A stretch of 63,188 nucleotides of DNA, counting the filler, from Octopus bimaculoides (taxonomy: Eukaryota), in the NCBI RefSeq assembly GCF_001194135.2. It is 7 parts of 6 records of this genome, joined end to end, with 100 filler letters (N's around TTAATTAATTAA, not from the genome) between each part and the next. Parts side by side here need not be neighbours in the genome. Positions count along the whole stretch, not along the records: positions 16,850 to 25,173 come from NC_068982.1; positions 25,274 to 43,113 come from NC_068990.1; 5 more parts are not named here. One strand, 5' to 3'. A program made the position numbers and the translations under genes. Positions 22,366-35,187 of the stretch are shown here, piece after piece; position 1 is the first letter of the stretch; every line of letters begins with the position of its first letter. The notes below the pieces were generated by a model that saw only the letters and a list, made by a program, of their open reading frames with translations, did not search any database and was not told where the DNA came from.

Positions 22366-23561
22366 CGCCCAGAACAACGCTAATAGCATAGGAGTGAAAT
22401 TTAGGATTTCTCGGTCTTCTGTGAATCGATTATGGTAAAACTTTTCCCAGCTTGTTTGCACACTATGGCAACACCGTTGTTATGATTTCATTATTCTGTG
22501 TAACGTCCTTTCTTTTTTATTTCAGATTCTTCAGTTTTTGGGTGAGCTACGCTAACAGTTTTGAATGAAAATAGCTCATCTAGACATTTTTTCAGAAAAT
22601 GAAGGGTAATGATACATATTAAGTATACATTGAGTATATATTAAACAGAAAACCATAATAATAATATAGCATTTATTGACATAACGAATCATTTAGTCAC
22701 ATAAGCCCCAAGAAAAGAACGATCCGATTGCGGGACCGCCAAGAATGTGACAGCTAGGGATTTTAGGAATATTGGTTGCAAGTTACGTAAGAAACTTGGA
22801 TAAACAAGCAGAGCTATTTTCATCGTACCCGGACTTCCTCATGTACCGAAAACTGTCAGGAATCGCATCATCATGACCATGGCTTCCATGCGAGAACCCC
22901 TCCTCACAGGAGTTTGAGGCTTCAGTGGGTCTAAAAGGAGGTCTTGAATCCGTAGCTAGATGATATACTACTGTCACTTCTAAGAAATCTTGTATTCCTG
23001 CATGACAACGCCCCCTCTCACTCTGTTAGGACCACCGAAACATTCCTAGAGTCTTACGGCATACAAGGTGAAATGTTGGTGTGGCTTCTAGCATCTCTGT
23101 ATCTCATCCCTATCGAAAATCTTTAGTCCATCATTAAACAAGTTGTTTATGCCGATGTCTAATGGGCAACCATCAAAGCTGCAGCAGAAGCAGTTCAACC
23201 TGCTGCTATTAAGAAATTGTCAGATTCCATAACTAATAAGGTTTTTGAAGTTATCCGTTGAAATGGCGCTCATGTGGATAAACAATTCAAAATATATACT
23301 CAATGTACGCTTAATATGTATCATTACCCTTCATTTTCTGAAAAAAAAATCTAGATGGGCTATTTTCATTCAAAAGCTATTAACGTGTTTCACCCAAAAA
23401 CTGGAGAATCTGAAACAAAAACAAAAAAAGGACGTTACACAGAATAATGAAAATACAACAATGGTGTGCAAACCAGCTGGGAAAAGTTTAATCAAAATCG
23501 ATTCACAGAAAACCGAGAAATCCTAAATTTCCCTCCTAAGCTATTAGCGTTGTTCTGGGTG
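22366..23561 (+). mobile_element. Tc1-like transposon with about 275-bp TIRs, internally deleted
   Basis: TA at 22364-65 and 23562-63; TIRs 22366-22642 and 23291-23561; transposase relics VPKTVRNRI and FLHDNAPSH...IPIENL*SIIK...NGAHVDK. Confidence 0.9.
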
Positions 23562-25108
23562 TATTCCTGCCCACAGAATAGTATTTAACGAGATAAATTA
23601 AAATTGATCGTAATAGATCAACAACTGAAAGAGGCTGGATACCATTTTGAACCGATTCAAAACTTGATAAAAGAATTACAATATTATGCAACATAAGGCA
23701 ACACACCTATGGGGTAAACGGTAATCTTGACAGAATAAGAGTTTAGAGCTTTGATTTTGAATATCACTTGAAATATCTGTTTCCCTCTCTTTCTCCCTCT
23801 CTCTGCATGTGTATACATACGTACACAGATAGATGCGTATACATATACGCAAAGACACAGACACAAACACAAGCACACACGCACACACACACACACCCAC
23901 ACACACACACACACATATAGATAGATAGATAATTAATAGCAATAGAAGCAGAATTAATACCGGTTCCAAATTTTGGCACGAGGTCGCCTGTCACGATCTA
24001 ATGAATATCAACGTCTCTTCAAGTACTGCTGTTGCAAATATCCAGAGGATTTATTAAAACGTAGGAAGTAGTATTAATATATACTAATATTTCTTCAGTC
24101 CATCAGATAATCAACTCACATTGAACACTCTTACTCGTTCCTTATATAAAATGCAACACATGCATACATATCACACCCTCATACACTCAAACACACACAC
24201 ATACACGAACATATCCGTAAGATCGTGAATGTTAGGGATGATATACAACACATTAAATTTGTTTTATGGTCGGATCGTTAATAACTAAACAGGTATCACA
24301 ACCAGGCTATACTGACATATCTGTCAAAAGAACACTTGAATCATCAATCATGAGATCAACAACTACGTCGCAATAATTAATGTAAGCATATATTAAGCCT
24401 TCACTGAAATGCTATTTAAAAAAGATTCCGAGCTGTATTCACAGAAGTCTACAGTTACGTTGATTTTACAATCCAGGTGTGTTCTCGTATCGCTAATAAA
24501 TGCTTCATTTTCTTGTACGTATGCGTATTAACAAATGTGTTTACGCATCATTCTTTTATATACTATTCGTAAAAATATCACGTTATTAATTCATGTTCTA
24601 TTAGTAACGATTAAATATCCATCAATATTATTTTGCTTTTCACTTTTATTTGATTGTCTTTTTAACGAATTTATGCCACTTTTAACTTTGCTTCATTCTG
24701 TCTTGAAATACTTTGATCTTCCTGCAACGTCGATATTACACAAACACACACACACACACACGCGCGCGTACGCTAGCATAAACATGATAACACAAATACA
24801 TACGCGTGCATGCACTATATATGCCCAACGGCACAAACATACACAAACACACACACATAATAATACAAACATCACAGGCGTGGTATCTGTAAACTGATCT
24901 CTGATAATGCAGTAAAAAGCACTGAAACTAGTCAGGTCAATAACATTTTCTAACCACACAACAAAAATAAAACAACAAAAAACGTTGTTTAACAAATCGA
25001 TTTTCAGAACAATGCTGCAAATGTGCTTTTTAAATATAAGTTCGCAAATTTACTCTGTATCTGCTTTCTCTCCAACTCCTTGTCTTCTCCTCCATCTCCT
25101 CCTCTCTC

Positions 25109-25173
<65 letters not shown>

Positions 25174-25486
25174 NNNNNNNNNNNNNNNNNNNNNNNNNNN
25201 NNNNNNNNNNNNNNNNNTTAATTAATTAANNNNNNNNNNNNNNNNNNNNNNNNNNNNNNNNNNNNNNNNNNNNATATATATATACTGCAATAAGAAAATG
25301 GAGGGGATCAAGATGTGGTATTCATCAACTTTTAGACATTATATTATGTCTATCTGTTTATTTAAAAAAAAAACACAATTCTAACAATATACATACATGT
25401 ATAGCAGATTATACTTTACATATATAAAAATACCAGTTATTATTAAACTATATAACATAGAACATAGAAAGTAGAATAGTTTCGTG

Positions 25487-25604
25487 CAGCTGTTTCAGCC
25501 AAGAGGTCATAGTACCCCACTTTACTTCCATCCCTTCAGTGAACTGAAGTATTTGGTAGATAAAATTAAGGTACTTGGGTGTGCCTCTGGGCTTCGTCAG
25601 AGAG
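25487..25604 (-). ncRNA. Hammerhead-like motif with long stem II insert
   Basis: CTGACGA (25600-25594), stem II AGCCCAGAGG/CCTCTTGGCT (9 of 10 pairs), GAAA (25496-25493), palindromic CAGCTG; cleavage site and stem I mutated. Confidence 0.6.
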
Positions 25605-25897
25605 TTTAGAAAGTTCATAAGGTTAAGTTATAAATATAAATACATACATATATACACACTTTTACATATACATATATACACATAAATATATATCCATACA
25701 TTTATATATATATATATGTATATGCATACAACGGAATCAATTATTATTATTATTAGGTGTATTATATTTTTTTACTAGATAAAGTATAAACAGAGGAAAG
25801 ATAAAGTTATCAAAAGAGGAATAATAGAATTTAAATAATAAATCTAGCTTAATGGTATGGTAGTTTTGTAGGAATAGAAAGGTATATAAATGAGAAA

Positions 25898-25931
<34 letters not shown>

Positions 25932-26012
25932 TATTGGATAGATATTATCCCTTAGTTGGTTGGATTCACAACCTCTAACTTTTCCTTCATCGGAAAAAAA
26001 ATGTGAATTTAG

Positions 26013-26080
26013 CTACGTTGATGTAATGGTGGCACACTTGTGAAAACATAGAGGTGTGGGTTCGAGTCACACGTGCACGA
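26013..26080 (+). other. tRNA-like head (SINE relic or tRNA pseudogene)
   Basis: A-box-like tgatgtaatgg, B-box ggttcgagtc; no convincing cloverleaf. Confidence 0.35.
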
Positions 26081-27327
26081 ACAACCTACTCTTTTTCCCT
26101 CGAAGGCTTATATGCTCCAATATTAGATTACTTTGTTGAGTCAATAAACGGTGATCACATATAAGTTTTAAGATTATAAAAATATTATAAATATATGCGC
26201 GCGTCTGTGTGTATGTGTGTGTGTGTGTGTGTGCATGCGTGTGTGTCTCTGTCTGTGTATGTATGCGTGCATCCCACCCTAGCAGATAATTCTATCTTCT
26301 GTAAATGCAACTGTATTCAACATCCTTCCTCCTAGACCGGATAATTCGCCATATATNNNNNNNNNNNNNNNNNNNNNNNNNNNNNNNNNNNNNNNNNNNN
26401 NNNNNNNNNNNNNNNNNNNNNNNNNNNNNNNNNNNNNNNNNNNNNNNNNNNNNNNNNNNNNNNNNNNNNNNNNNNNNNNNNNNNNNNNNNNNNNNNNNNN
26501 NNNNNNNNNNNNNNNNNNNNNNNNNNNNNNNNNNNNNNNNNNNNNNNNNNNNNNNNNNNNNNNNNNNNNNNNNNNNNNNNNNNNNNNNNNNNNNNNNNNN
26601 NNNNNNNNNNNNNNNNNNNNNNNNNNNNNNNNNNNNNNNNNNNNNNNNNNNNNNNNNNNNNNNNNNNNNNNNNNNNNNNNNNNNNNNNNNNNNNNNNNNN
26701 NNNNNNNNNNNNNNNNNNNNNNNNNNNNNNNNNNNNNNNNNNNNNNNNNNNNNNNNNNNNNNNNNNNNNNNNNNNNNNNNNNNNNNNNNNNNNNNNNNNN
26801 NNNNNNNNNNNNNNNNNNNNNNNNNNNNNNNNNNNNNNNNNNNNNNNNNNNNNNNNNNNNNNNNNNNNNNNNNNNNNNNNNNNNNNNNNNNNNNNNNNNN
26901 NNNNNNNNNNNNNNNNNNNNNNNNNNNNNNNNNNNNNNNNNNNNNNNNNNNNNNNNNNNNNNNNNNNNNNNNNNNNNNNNNNNNNNNNNNNNNNNNNNNN
27001 NNNNNNNNNNNNNNNNNNNNNNNNNNNNNNNNNNNNNNNNNNNNNNNNNNNNNNNNNNNNNNNNNNNNNNNNNNNNNNNNNNNNNNNNNNNNNNNNNNNN
27101 NNNNNNNNNNNNNNNNNNNNNNNNNNNNNNNNNNNNNNNNNNNNNNNNNNNNNNNNNNNNNNNNNNNNNNNNNNNNNNNNNNNNNNNNNNNNNNNNNNNN
27201 NNNNNNNNNNNNNNNNNNNNNNNNNNNNNNNNNNNNNNNNTATATATATAAAGATAGATAGATAGATAGATAAAAAGTATGTCTATCTATCTATCTATCT
27301 GTCTATCTGTCTATCTATCTATCTATT

Positions 27328-27358
<31 letters not shown>

Positions 27359-27951
27359 CTAGCTAGCTAGCTATCCTTTTATATATGTAATCATTATGAA
27401 TAAGAAATAATGAAAATATATGAAGCTTACTAGGGGACTCAAACAGTTTAAAGGTTTATAGCTGTCCAAGAAACACTTAATGCCTCATGAAAACACAATT
27501 ACCACGTCTACATATCTGCATCTCTCACCCACTCATAAGGCTAATAATTGCTGGAGAACCTCTCATGGAGACCAACATTCTCCGGATAGCCGAGACATTA
27601 TAACAAAGGTTGGGTTTGCTATAAAACCAGGAAGTACTTCAACACAGAACAGCTGCTAGCTCTTTAGAAATTGCGTGGTAACTGTAAGTGGAAGTACTTC
27701 CGGTACGTCAAGGTTCCGAACACACACAATACATACACCCTGAAACGCATTGTAAACTGCATTAATGCAAAGCCATGTCTGTGACCAAATTTCACGTCCC
27801 ATCATTTCCTGACTAGTACCGCCCCCCCCCCCGCCGACTGGCTGTCCTTTGATCGATCCAGTTATGATTAATAACAGCGATTCCACCATGTCCAAAGGTG
27901 GACTTTTTTTTACAACATCCAGCTGTACACCATCCCTCTTGACATACTTAC

Positions 27952-28009
27952 CATTCTCTTTATTGATACATTGACCTGTCACGCATATTCGGCTGCTTCA
28001 GCCATTTCT
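27952..28009 (-). other. Candidate non-coding exon
   Basis: taacatttgcag| ... AATG|gtaagt; 58 nt with stops in all three frames. Confidence 0.25.
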
Positions 28010-28211
28010 CTGCAAATGTTAACACTGGTTATGACGTTAACCAAATCTCATTTACAGCTCAAAAAACACGCATCCAGAACATGAACTCCACTTATGTTGC
28101 CTACGTATCCAAATCCAAAAGAACATGAAAACATGAAAATACTTACTCTCCTTATAACACACGCACGAACGCAGTCACGCATACACAGACGCATAACCAC
28201 ACACATACATA

Positions 28212-28429
28212 CGAATGGGGTGGCTGAAAACTTCCTGGCTTTGGGCAAAAGAAAATACTGGAGGATCAGTGAATTATGATTTAATTCAACATATTCTCTT
28301 TTAGATTCACACGTATATTGCAGCGCTCTCTCATCTTTTGTAAGCCCTGTAAAAGAACTCGGAAGGTTGGGTCTCCAACCTGGCCTTTCGTGATACCCTT
28401 AAAGCCAGGAACTTTTCAGAACCCCTTCG
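28212..28429. mobile_element. Mariner-type MITE
   Basis: TIR cg...gctgaaaacttcctggcttt / aaagccaggaacttttcagaaccccttcg; left TA at 28210-11. Confidence 0.8.
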
Positions 28430-28502
28430 AACATGCAGACACCAATGCACGCACGCATGCACGAACGCACGCACACATTCGCGTACATAAAGAATGAAAG
28501 AA

Positions 28503-28540
<38 letters not shown>

Positions 28541-28774
28541 AGGCAGGATGAAAGACTTATTGTGCTACTGGGTTTTGTCGGAGACTTGTTTTATACATTC
28601 CGTGATTTTCCAAGCTGCATGCAAATCATTTCTTGTTTAGCAGAATTATGATAGATAATTCAGATCGATATCATGTTCCTGAGAGGAACATATCCATCCA
28701 TCTATTTGCCGTGTCAAACATTTATTTGTATTCCTGCTCTAACTCTGTGTAAGTGTTTATGTACACACGACCGA

Positions 28775-28833
<59 letters not shown>

Positions 28834-28912
28834 AATAAATATATATATACATATGTATCTGTATGTATATATGTATCTATGTATGTATCTACCTATCTCT
28901 CTCTGTCTCTTT

Positions 28913-28968
<56 letters not shown>

Positions 28969-29020
28969 ATATCTATGTGTATGTGTTTTTGTGTCTGTAT
29001 ATACACACGTATAATATACA

Positions 29021-29140
29021 AGGGGCTTCTTTCAGTTTCCGCCTACCAAATCCACTCACAAGGTTTTGGTCGGATCTAGGCTATAGTAGAAGACACTTGC
29101 CCAATGTGTCATGCATTAGGACTGAACCCGGAACCATGCT
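29021..29140 (-). mobile_element. SINE family B 5' half
   Basis: gggcttctttcagtttcc...ggactgaacccggaaccatg. Confidence 0.8.
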
Positions 29141-29164
29141 TCTTATCACATACGTATATATATA

Positions 29165-30820
29165 TAGGGGAAGAATTCACACAAAAAAAACAGAAGACGA
29201 AGACAGGTGGTGTAGACAACAAGCAGATGACATTTCGGTCAACATACACGACTCCGCTCCCACTACCTCCATCCACTACAAACACACCGACATACACTCA
29301 TACCTTAATTTCTCCTCCTCCCACCTACACACACCAAGCTCTTCATCCCCTACTCCCAATTCCTCTGTCTGCGCAGGCTTTGCAATGACAACCATGACTT
29401 TGAGACTCAGTCTCAACTCATGGCTTGCCACTTCATCCTTCGTGGATATCCCCTCTCCACTATCCACATAGCCCTTGCCAGAGCACGTTCCGTGGACCGT
29501 GCCTCTGCTCTCTCTCCCCGCGCCCGCCCAATCGTTGTCCGTTTCCCGTTTCTTCACACTTACCACCCTTCCACCCTCCAGCATACCATTNNNNNNNNNN
29601 NNNNNNNNNNNNNNNNNNNNNNNNNNNNNNNNNNNNNNNNNNNNNNNNNNNNNNNNNNNNNNNNNNNNNNNNNNNNNNNNNNNNNNNNNNNNNNNNNNNN
29701 NNNNNNNNNNNNNNNNNNNNNNNNNNNNNNNNNNNNNNNNNNNNNNNNNNNNNNNNNNNNNNNNNNNNNNNNNNNNNNNNNNNNNNNNNNNNNNNNNNNN
29801 NNNNNNNNNNNNNNNNNNNNNNNNNNNNNNNNNNNNNNNNNNNNNNNNNNNNNNNNACCATCCTCACAGGCACCCATCATCGTCACTATCATATCACAAA
29901 CTCCTTTACTTGCACTTCTAGCAACTTGATTTACTGCATCTCCTGTTCTTTCTACTCTTCTCTACATCGGTCAACGGGACGCCGGTTGGATGATCGGTTC
30001 GCAGAGCACCTCCGAGACATTAGACTCGGAAATGACACACAGGGCTCGCGCAATTTCTGCTCTACCGGTCATTCACTACAACACTTGTATGTGTTCGGAT
30101 TATCTTTGCACTGGGGTCATCCGGACTACCATCTTCACCGTGAACAGGAATTAATCTTCTCTCTTCGCTCCTTTGCACCACAAGGGCTCAACTTTCCTCC
30201 TCTCTTCATCTGACACCTATTTCCTGTCTTCACTCATACCCACCTTCTCTCTTCATTGATACTTCCTCCACCCACGCTCCACACCGACACACTCCACTCC
30301 CCCATATCCGACCCCTAGTTCCCACACCTCCACCTCATACCACATCTCCCCACCCACATCTCCACCCCAACACTACCACTGACCACTTCCCAGCACCCAC
30401 ACTACACATCATCATCTGCATACCCACACACTATCATCCACACACCCACACATAACAGACGCACACACACACGCACACATCCACTCGCTCAAGTCACTAG
30501 CCCTTATCCACACACACACACTTACACATTCTCGCATACACACATGCACTTTCATTTTGAGACCAACTGTACTTTATTATCTCCCCTTCTTTCTTCCTCT
30601 CCTGTCACACCTCCCCCCCCAACCAGTCGCCATGCTTTATCGCTAAATCCACAAGTTTTTTCTCAGTTCCCTGTCTTTATTTTCTCTTATTCCTTTCTGC
30701 TGAAGAGTGTAGGCTCGAAGTGTAAAATACCTTCTCAATTTCCCGAGGGTAAAACTAATACACCTGTTTGTTGTTCATACACTTATCTTCGTCTTTTGTT
30801 TTTCTGTAAATTTCAACTAT
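29165..30820 (+). mobile_element. Penelope-like element, 5'-truncated: RT thumb/linker + GIY-YIG + 3' region, with inverted terminal copy
   Basis: IHYKHTDIHSYLNFSSSH, IPYSQFLCLRRLC, FILRGYP, FTCTSSNLIYCISC...TGRRLDDRFAEHLRDI...REQELIFSL..FAPQGLN; 29165-29228 is the reverse complement of about 30760-30820. Confidence 0.9.
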
Positions 30821-31239
30821 NNNNNNNNNNNNNNNNNNNNNNNNNNNNNNNNNNNNNNNNNNNNNNNNNNNNNNNNNNNNNNNNNNNNNNNNNNNNNNNN
30901 NNNNNNNNNNNNNNNNNNNNNNNNNNNNNNNNNNNNNNNNNNNNNNNNNNNNNNNNNNNNNNNNNNNNNNNNNNNNNNNNNNNNNNNNNNNNNNNNNNNN
31001 NNNNNNNNNNNNNNNNNNNNNNNNNNNNNNNNNNNNNNNNNNNNNNNNNNNNNNNNNNNNNNNNNNNNNNNNNNNNNNNNNNNNNNNNNNNNNNNNNNNN
31101 NNNNNNNNNNNNNNNNNNNTATATATATATAAGCAATACAGTATCTATTTGACTGTTTATACATTTATGATGTGTTGTTCGTTGCTAGCCTTCACAGACA
31201 CACAATTTCACTTGCATAGATGCACACGTACATAGTCTT

Positions 31240-31710
31240 ATATGGAAATCAGAGCTGTCTGAGGCCAATAAAACTATATTCCGCGATGCTATCGCAGTAC
31301 CAGTGCTAGCACCAACATTTATGATGCAAGCTTGAACACTTGAAGAAATCCCTAATTTAAATATCAGGATTAGAATGATATAAATCTCTCAGTAACTTCC
31401 CCCATCAATAGTAACATTGGCAGGATGTATATTAGTTGGAGCGAACTGTGGCAAAGGTATGAACATTCGGTCCAGACTGCCTTTTTGGTGCAACATCGTA
31501 TCATTTCGACATTTACAGAACAGTAAAGAGAGAAAGGAGTACACCATATGTACACTACACTCAACAGCTGTTGAGTGTATACATGATAGGGCCATAAGAT
31601 TAAGTGAAAAATTCCTGAATAAGTATTTTGTGTCTACAGCTGGTTCATGTGAAACGAGAGTAGTTGGACTTACTCAAAACAGAGAGCTGGAGGAGAAATA
31701 CTCAGACTAA
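31240..31710 (+). mobile_element. R4-like non-LTR retrotransposon RT C-terminal fragment
   Basis: WKSELSEANK...AVPVLAPTF...TLEEI...NSNIGRMYI...GKGM with frameshifts. Confidence 0.6.
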
Positions 31711-32098
31711 TTATGCACAGTTACATATCCCACAAGTTGGAGAATATCAACATTAAGAGGAACACTATCCTCTCCTTGACATCCTTGGTGAACGGCTACA
31801 CCTTTGCTACCCAGAAATAGGAGTTATCTATTAAATATCATATTAACAAGAGAGATAATTGATGCCTCTAAAACTGCACACTGTAAAAGAAAATATAAAT
31901 TATGCCATACTAGTATGGAAGATATCACCAACAGCCGTGTTTAAGACTTAAAACCACGGCTGCTGTGGTATTAATATCTGTTGAGCCGTATATATATATA
32001 TATATCTGTATGTATGTATATATATATGTTTATGTGTATGTATGTATGTATGCATGTATGCATGTGTGTATGTAATTATGTATGTATGTATGTATGTA

Positions 32099-32146
<48 letters not shown>

Positions 32147-32174
32147 CGTATATATATTTATTTATTTATTTATA

Positions 32175-33295
32175 CAAGGTGTCCCCCAAAAATATATATA
32201 CACTGTAGCAGCTGATAACTCAATTGATGTTTTTTCTTTCCAGATGAAACCCACCTGAATTAATGATGGCAGTCAGAGTAAGCTTTGAACAAAGGAAATT
32301 CATTCTAAAATGCTACTGAGAGTGTGAAAACGCAGTTGAAGTGCAAAGACAGTTTAGGATGGAGTTTCAAACAGATCCACTAATGCGACTTACCATCACT
32401 CGAATTAGAGATAAGTTTGAAGCCGATGAAACTTCAGAATGTCCACGAGAAGTGTTCCGGAAGACTACGAACATTGACAACCCTCACAAAGCAGGAAGGA
32501 GTGCTGGAAACGTATCACCAATATCCAAGAAAATCTGCGGCAAGCGAGTCGTGAGGTAGGTATTTCAAAATCGCCTGTCCAACGCATTTTGAAGCGTTGT
32601 CAATGGAAACGTTACGTTCCAATTAGTCCATGCTATCAATGACGATGATCTAGATCGAATTGTGCAGTATTGCAAGTGGTACTTGGCACGATGTGTAGAA
32701 GATGCACACTTTCCAAAAAAGATTGTGTGGAGTGATGAAGCCACATTCAAATTAAATGGTTCAATTAAACGTCACAATTGCACTTACTGTGGACCTGAGA
32801 ATCCGCATGTTATGGCAGAACACCATGTTAATTTACGAAGAATTACAGTGTGGTGTAGATTATCATCAAGAGGATTAACTGGACCTTTCCTTTTTGACAC
32901 TACTGTGACTGGTCCCATTTGCTTGAACTTGCTGCAACAGTCTGTCATGCCAAACATTAGAGAAGACTTTGAAGATGAGGAGTCTTATTTTCAGTAAGAT
33001 GGGGCATCCCACACTGCCATCGCGATGTTAAATCCTTCCTTGATGAGATCTCGCTAAACAGGTGGATTGGACAAAGGGGTTTCGTTGAATACCCTCCGCG
33101 TTGACCAAACCTCACACTACAAGACTTTTTTATACAGGGATACCTAAAAGACAAAGTCTACGCTATGAAGCCAGCAACAGTCACTGATTTGAGAGCAGCC
33201 ATTGAACGAGAGTGCTCACAAATACCAAACTAATTTTTTCGTGATGTTTGCGATTCCATTGCTTTACGTTGTCAGCTCTGGATCAGAACGGACGG
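32175..33295 (+). mobile_element. Tc1/mariner DD41D-type transposon, pseudogenised, 3' TIR not seen
   Basis: TA+CAAGGTGTCCCCCAAAAA left end; HTH MMAVRVSFEQRKFILKCY; [11 protein letters not shown]; FQ*DGA...RWIGQRG..EYPPR*PNLTLQDFF gives 41 residues between D2 and D3 after restoring one deleted base. Confidence 0.85.
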
Positions 33296-33773
33296 AGAAG
33301 CAGGAAAAAAAATCACCAACGGTCCACATGCGGTTATATGCGCAACCATTCACACTTTAAGTTTAAGGAAATTCTTGCAAACATTTATTGTCCCTGATAT
33401 CGGAGCTTTCTTTCGCGTATGAATTACGTAACTAAGTTTATTCTTCCAAGAAAGCAAATTCCAAGCGGTTAGACACATATCCTTGCGTTCCAGTAATAAT
33501 GGGTGTCAAACTAAAAATGTATTTTGAGTATATTGTTTGAAGACTCCTAACCATTGATCCATAGAAAACTTCTTTCTTCTGAATTTTTCACGGATGTCAA
33601 TCAGTCACCACGGCTGTTGGTATTAATATCTGGTGAGAACCAGATTTATTAGTCAGTATATGACATAGAGACGTGATGTCACCAGTAGTGAAAAATAGCT
33701 CAGTAAGTATCTCGTTCAAGTTTGCAAAGACAAAAATACAAATATCGTTAATACAAATATCTTTAAAACTTGG

Positions 33774-33873
<100 letters not shown>

Positions 33874-34257
33874 AATTGTCACAAATTTCTTTTTAAAGAA
33901 AATTAGAAAATACAAAATAAAAAGAGACTGATGAGGTGGTACGTTCACACTTAATGTGAAAATAAGACAACGGGGAGAAAAAGCAATATTAATAGTCAGT
34001 CATAAAGTAGCGAAAGTTTTCTAACTTTGCACCTTGAAATTAATTCTATGCAATCCAGAAACAAGAAACTTTCACCAGTTACCTTCTATACAAAAAGTGA
34101 AAGTTATCAGTTGACAACGAATTTAGGGTAAATAAAAGGAAACACTATAAACCTTGGTTACATCACTGCGCACTTTGAGAAAATATTCTCGAGATACTAA
34201 ATATTCATGAGGCAATCTGGAATAGAGTCAGAATGGAAAGAAATAATAAATAAAGAT

Positions 34258-35056
34258 GCTGGCGTGGCTGTTTGGGAAGAAGCTTGCTTCCCAGTCACAT
34301 AGTTTCGGATTCAGTCCCACTATGTGGCATCTTGAGCAAGTGTCTTCTGCAGTAAATTCGGGCCGACCGAAACCTTGTGAGTAGTTTTTTAGACAGAAAG
34401 TGAAATATGGCCGTCGTACATAAATACATGTGTGTGTGTGTGCGTTTCTGTGTCTGTGCCCCCCACCACTGCTTGACAACCGGTGATGGGATCTTTTCTG
34501 TTTGGCTCCACTTTTCAATGTTTTTCAATTTTTGTTCAAATTGATTTCATATTTGATGTAATGATGTAGTTTTGTATGCCTATCATTGACATGAAATTCA
34601 TTTTCGCCATAAATCAATAAATAAATGGTTAATAGCTTTTAAAGTTTTGAAATTTTGGCTAATTTCAGCCGATCGAAAGCCATAGACACATAACTGCTTG
34701 TTTCCATAGTAACAAGCCAAAGCTGTTACCAAGCTGCTTACCCACATGGTTATTTTTCGATTATTAAATGCTTAAAACACATGAGGTATGAAGTGCTCAT
34801 TTGCTTACAGTTGACAACACGTGCAGTCACGCACAAAATGATAGCTTCCAACTCCTGTTTTCTGACTGGGTAAAAATGATCAAATTTTAAACGTCTGAAA
34901 CTTTGTTAGAAAAAATTTCTGAGAAATTCAGCGTGGAAAATTACATCGATACACCAAATTTTAAAATTTCACTAAACTTTAAAATTTCTGGAGGTACAAC
35001 CAAACAGATATGATTCTGGTGATGGTGTATTTACTCCCCCGTAACTTAGCAGTTCG
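34258..35056 (+). mobile_element. SINE family B split by a 528-bp insertion (34490-35017)
   Basis: SINE resumes in register after the insert; GGTGATGG is duplicated at 34482-34489 and 35018-35025. Confidence 0.7.
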
Positions 35057-35156
35057 NNNNNNNNNNNNNNNNNNNNNNNNNNNNNNNNNNNNNNNNNNNN
35101 NNNNNNNNNNNNNNNNNNNNNNNNNNNNNNNNNNNNNNNNNNNNNNNNNNNNNNNN

Positions 35157-35185
<29 letters not shown>

Positions 35186-35187
<2 letters not shown>

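Noticed and set aside
27944-27953. ATACTTACC resembling the U1 snRNA 5' end
   Set aside because: The rest of U1 is absent; it is simply the complement of a 5' splice-site consensus.
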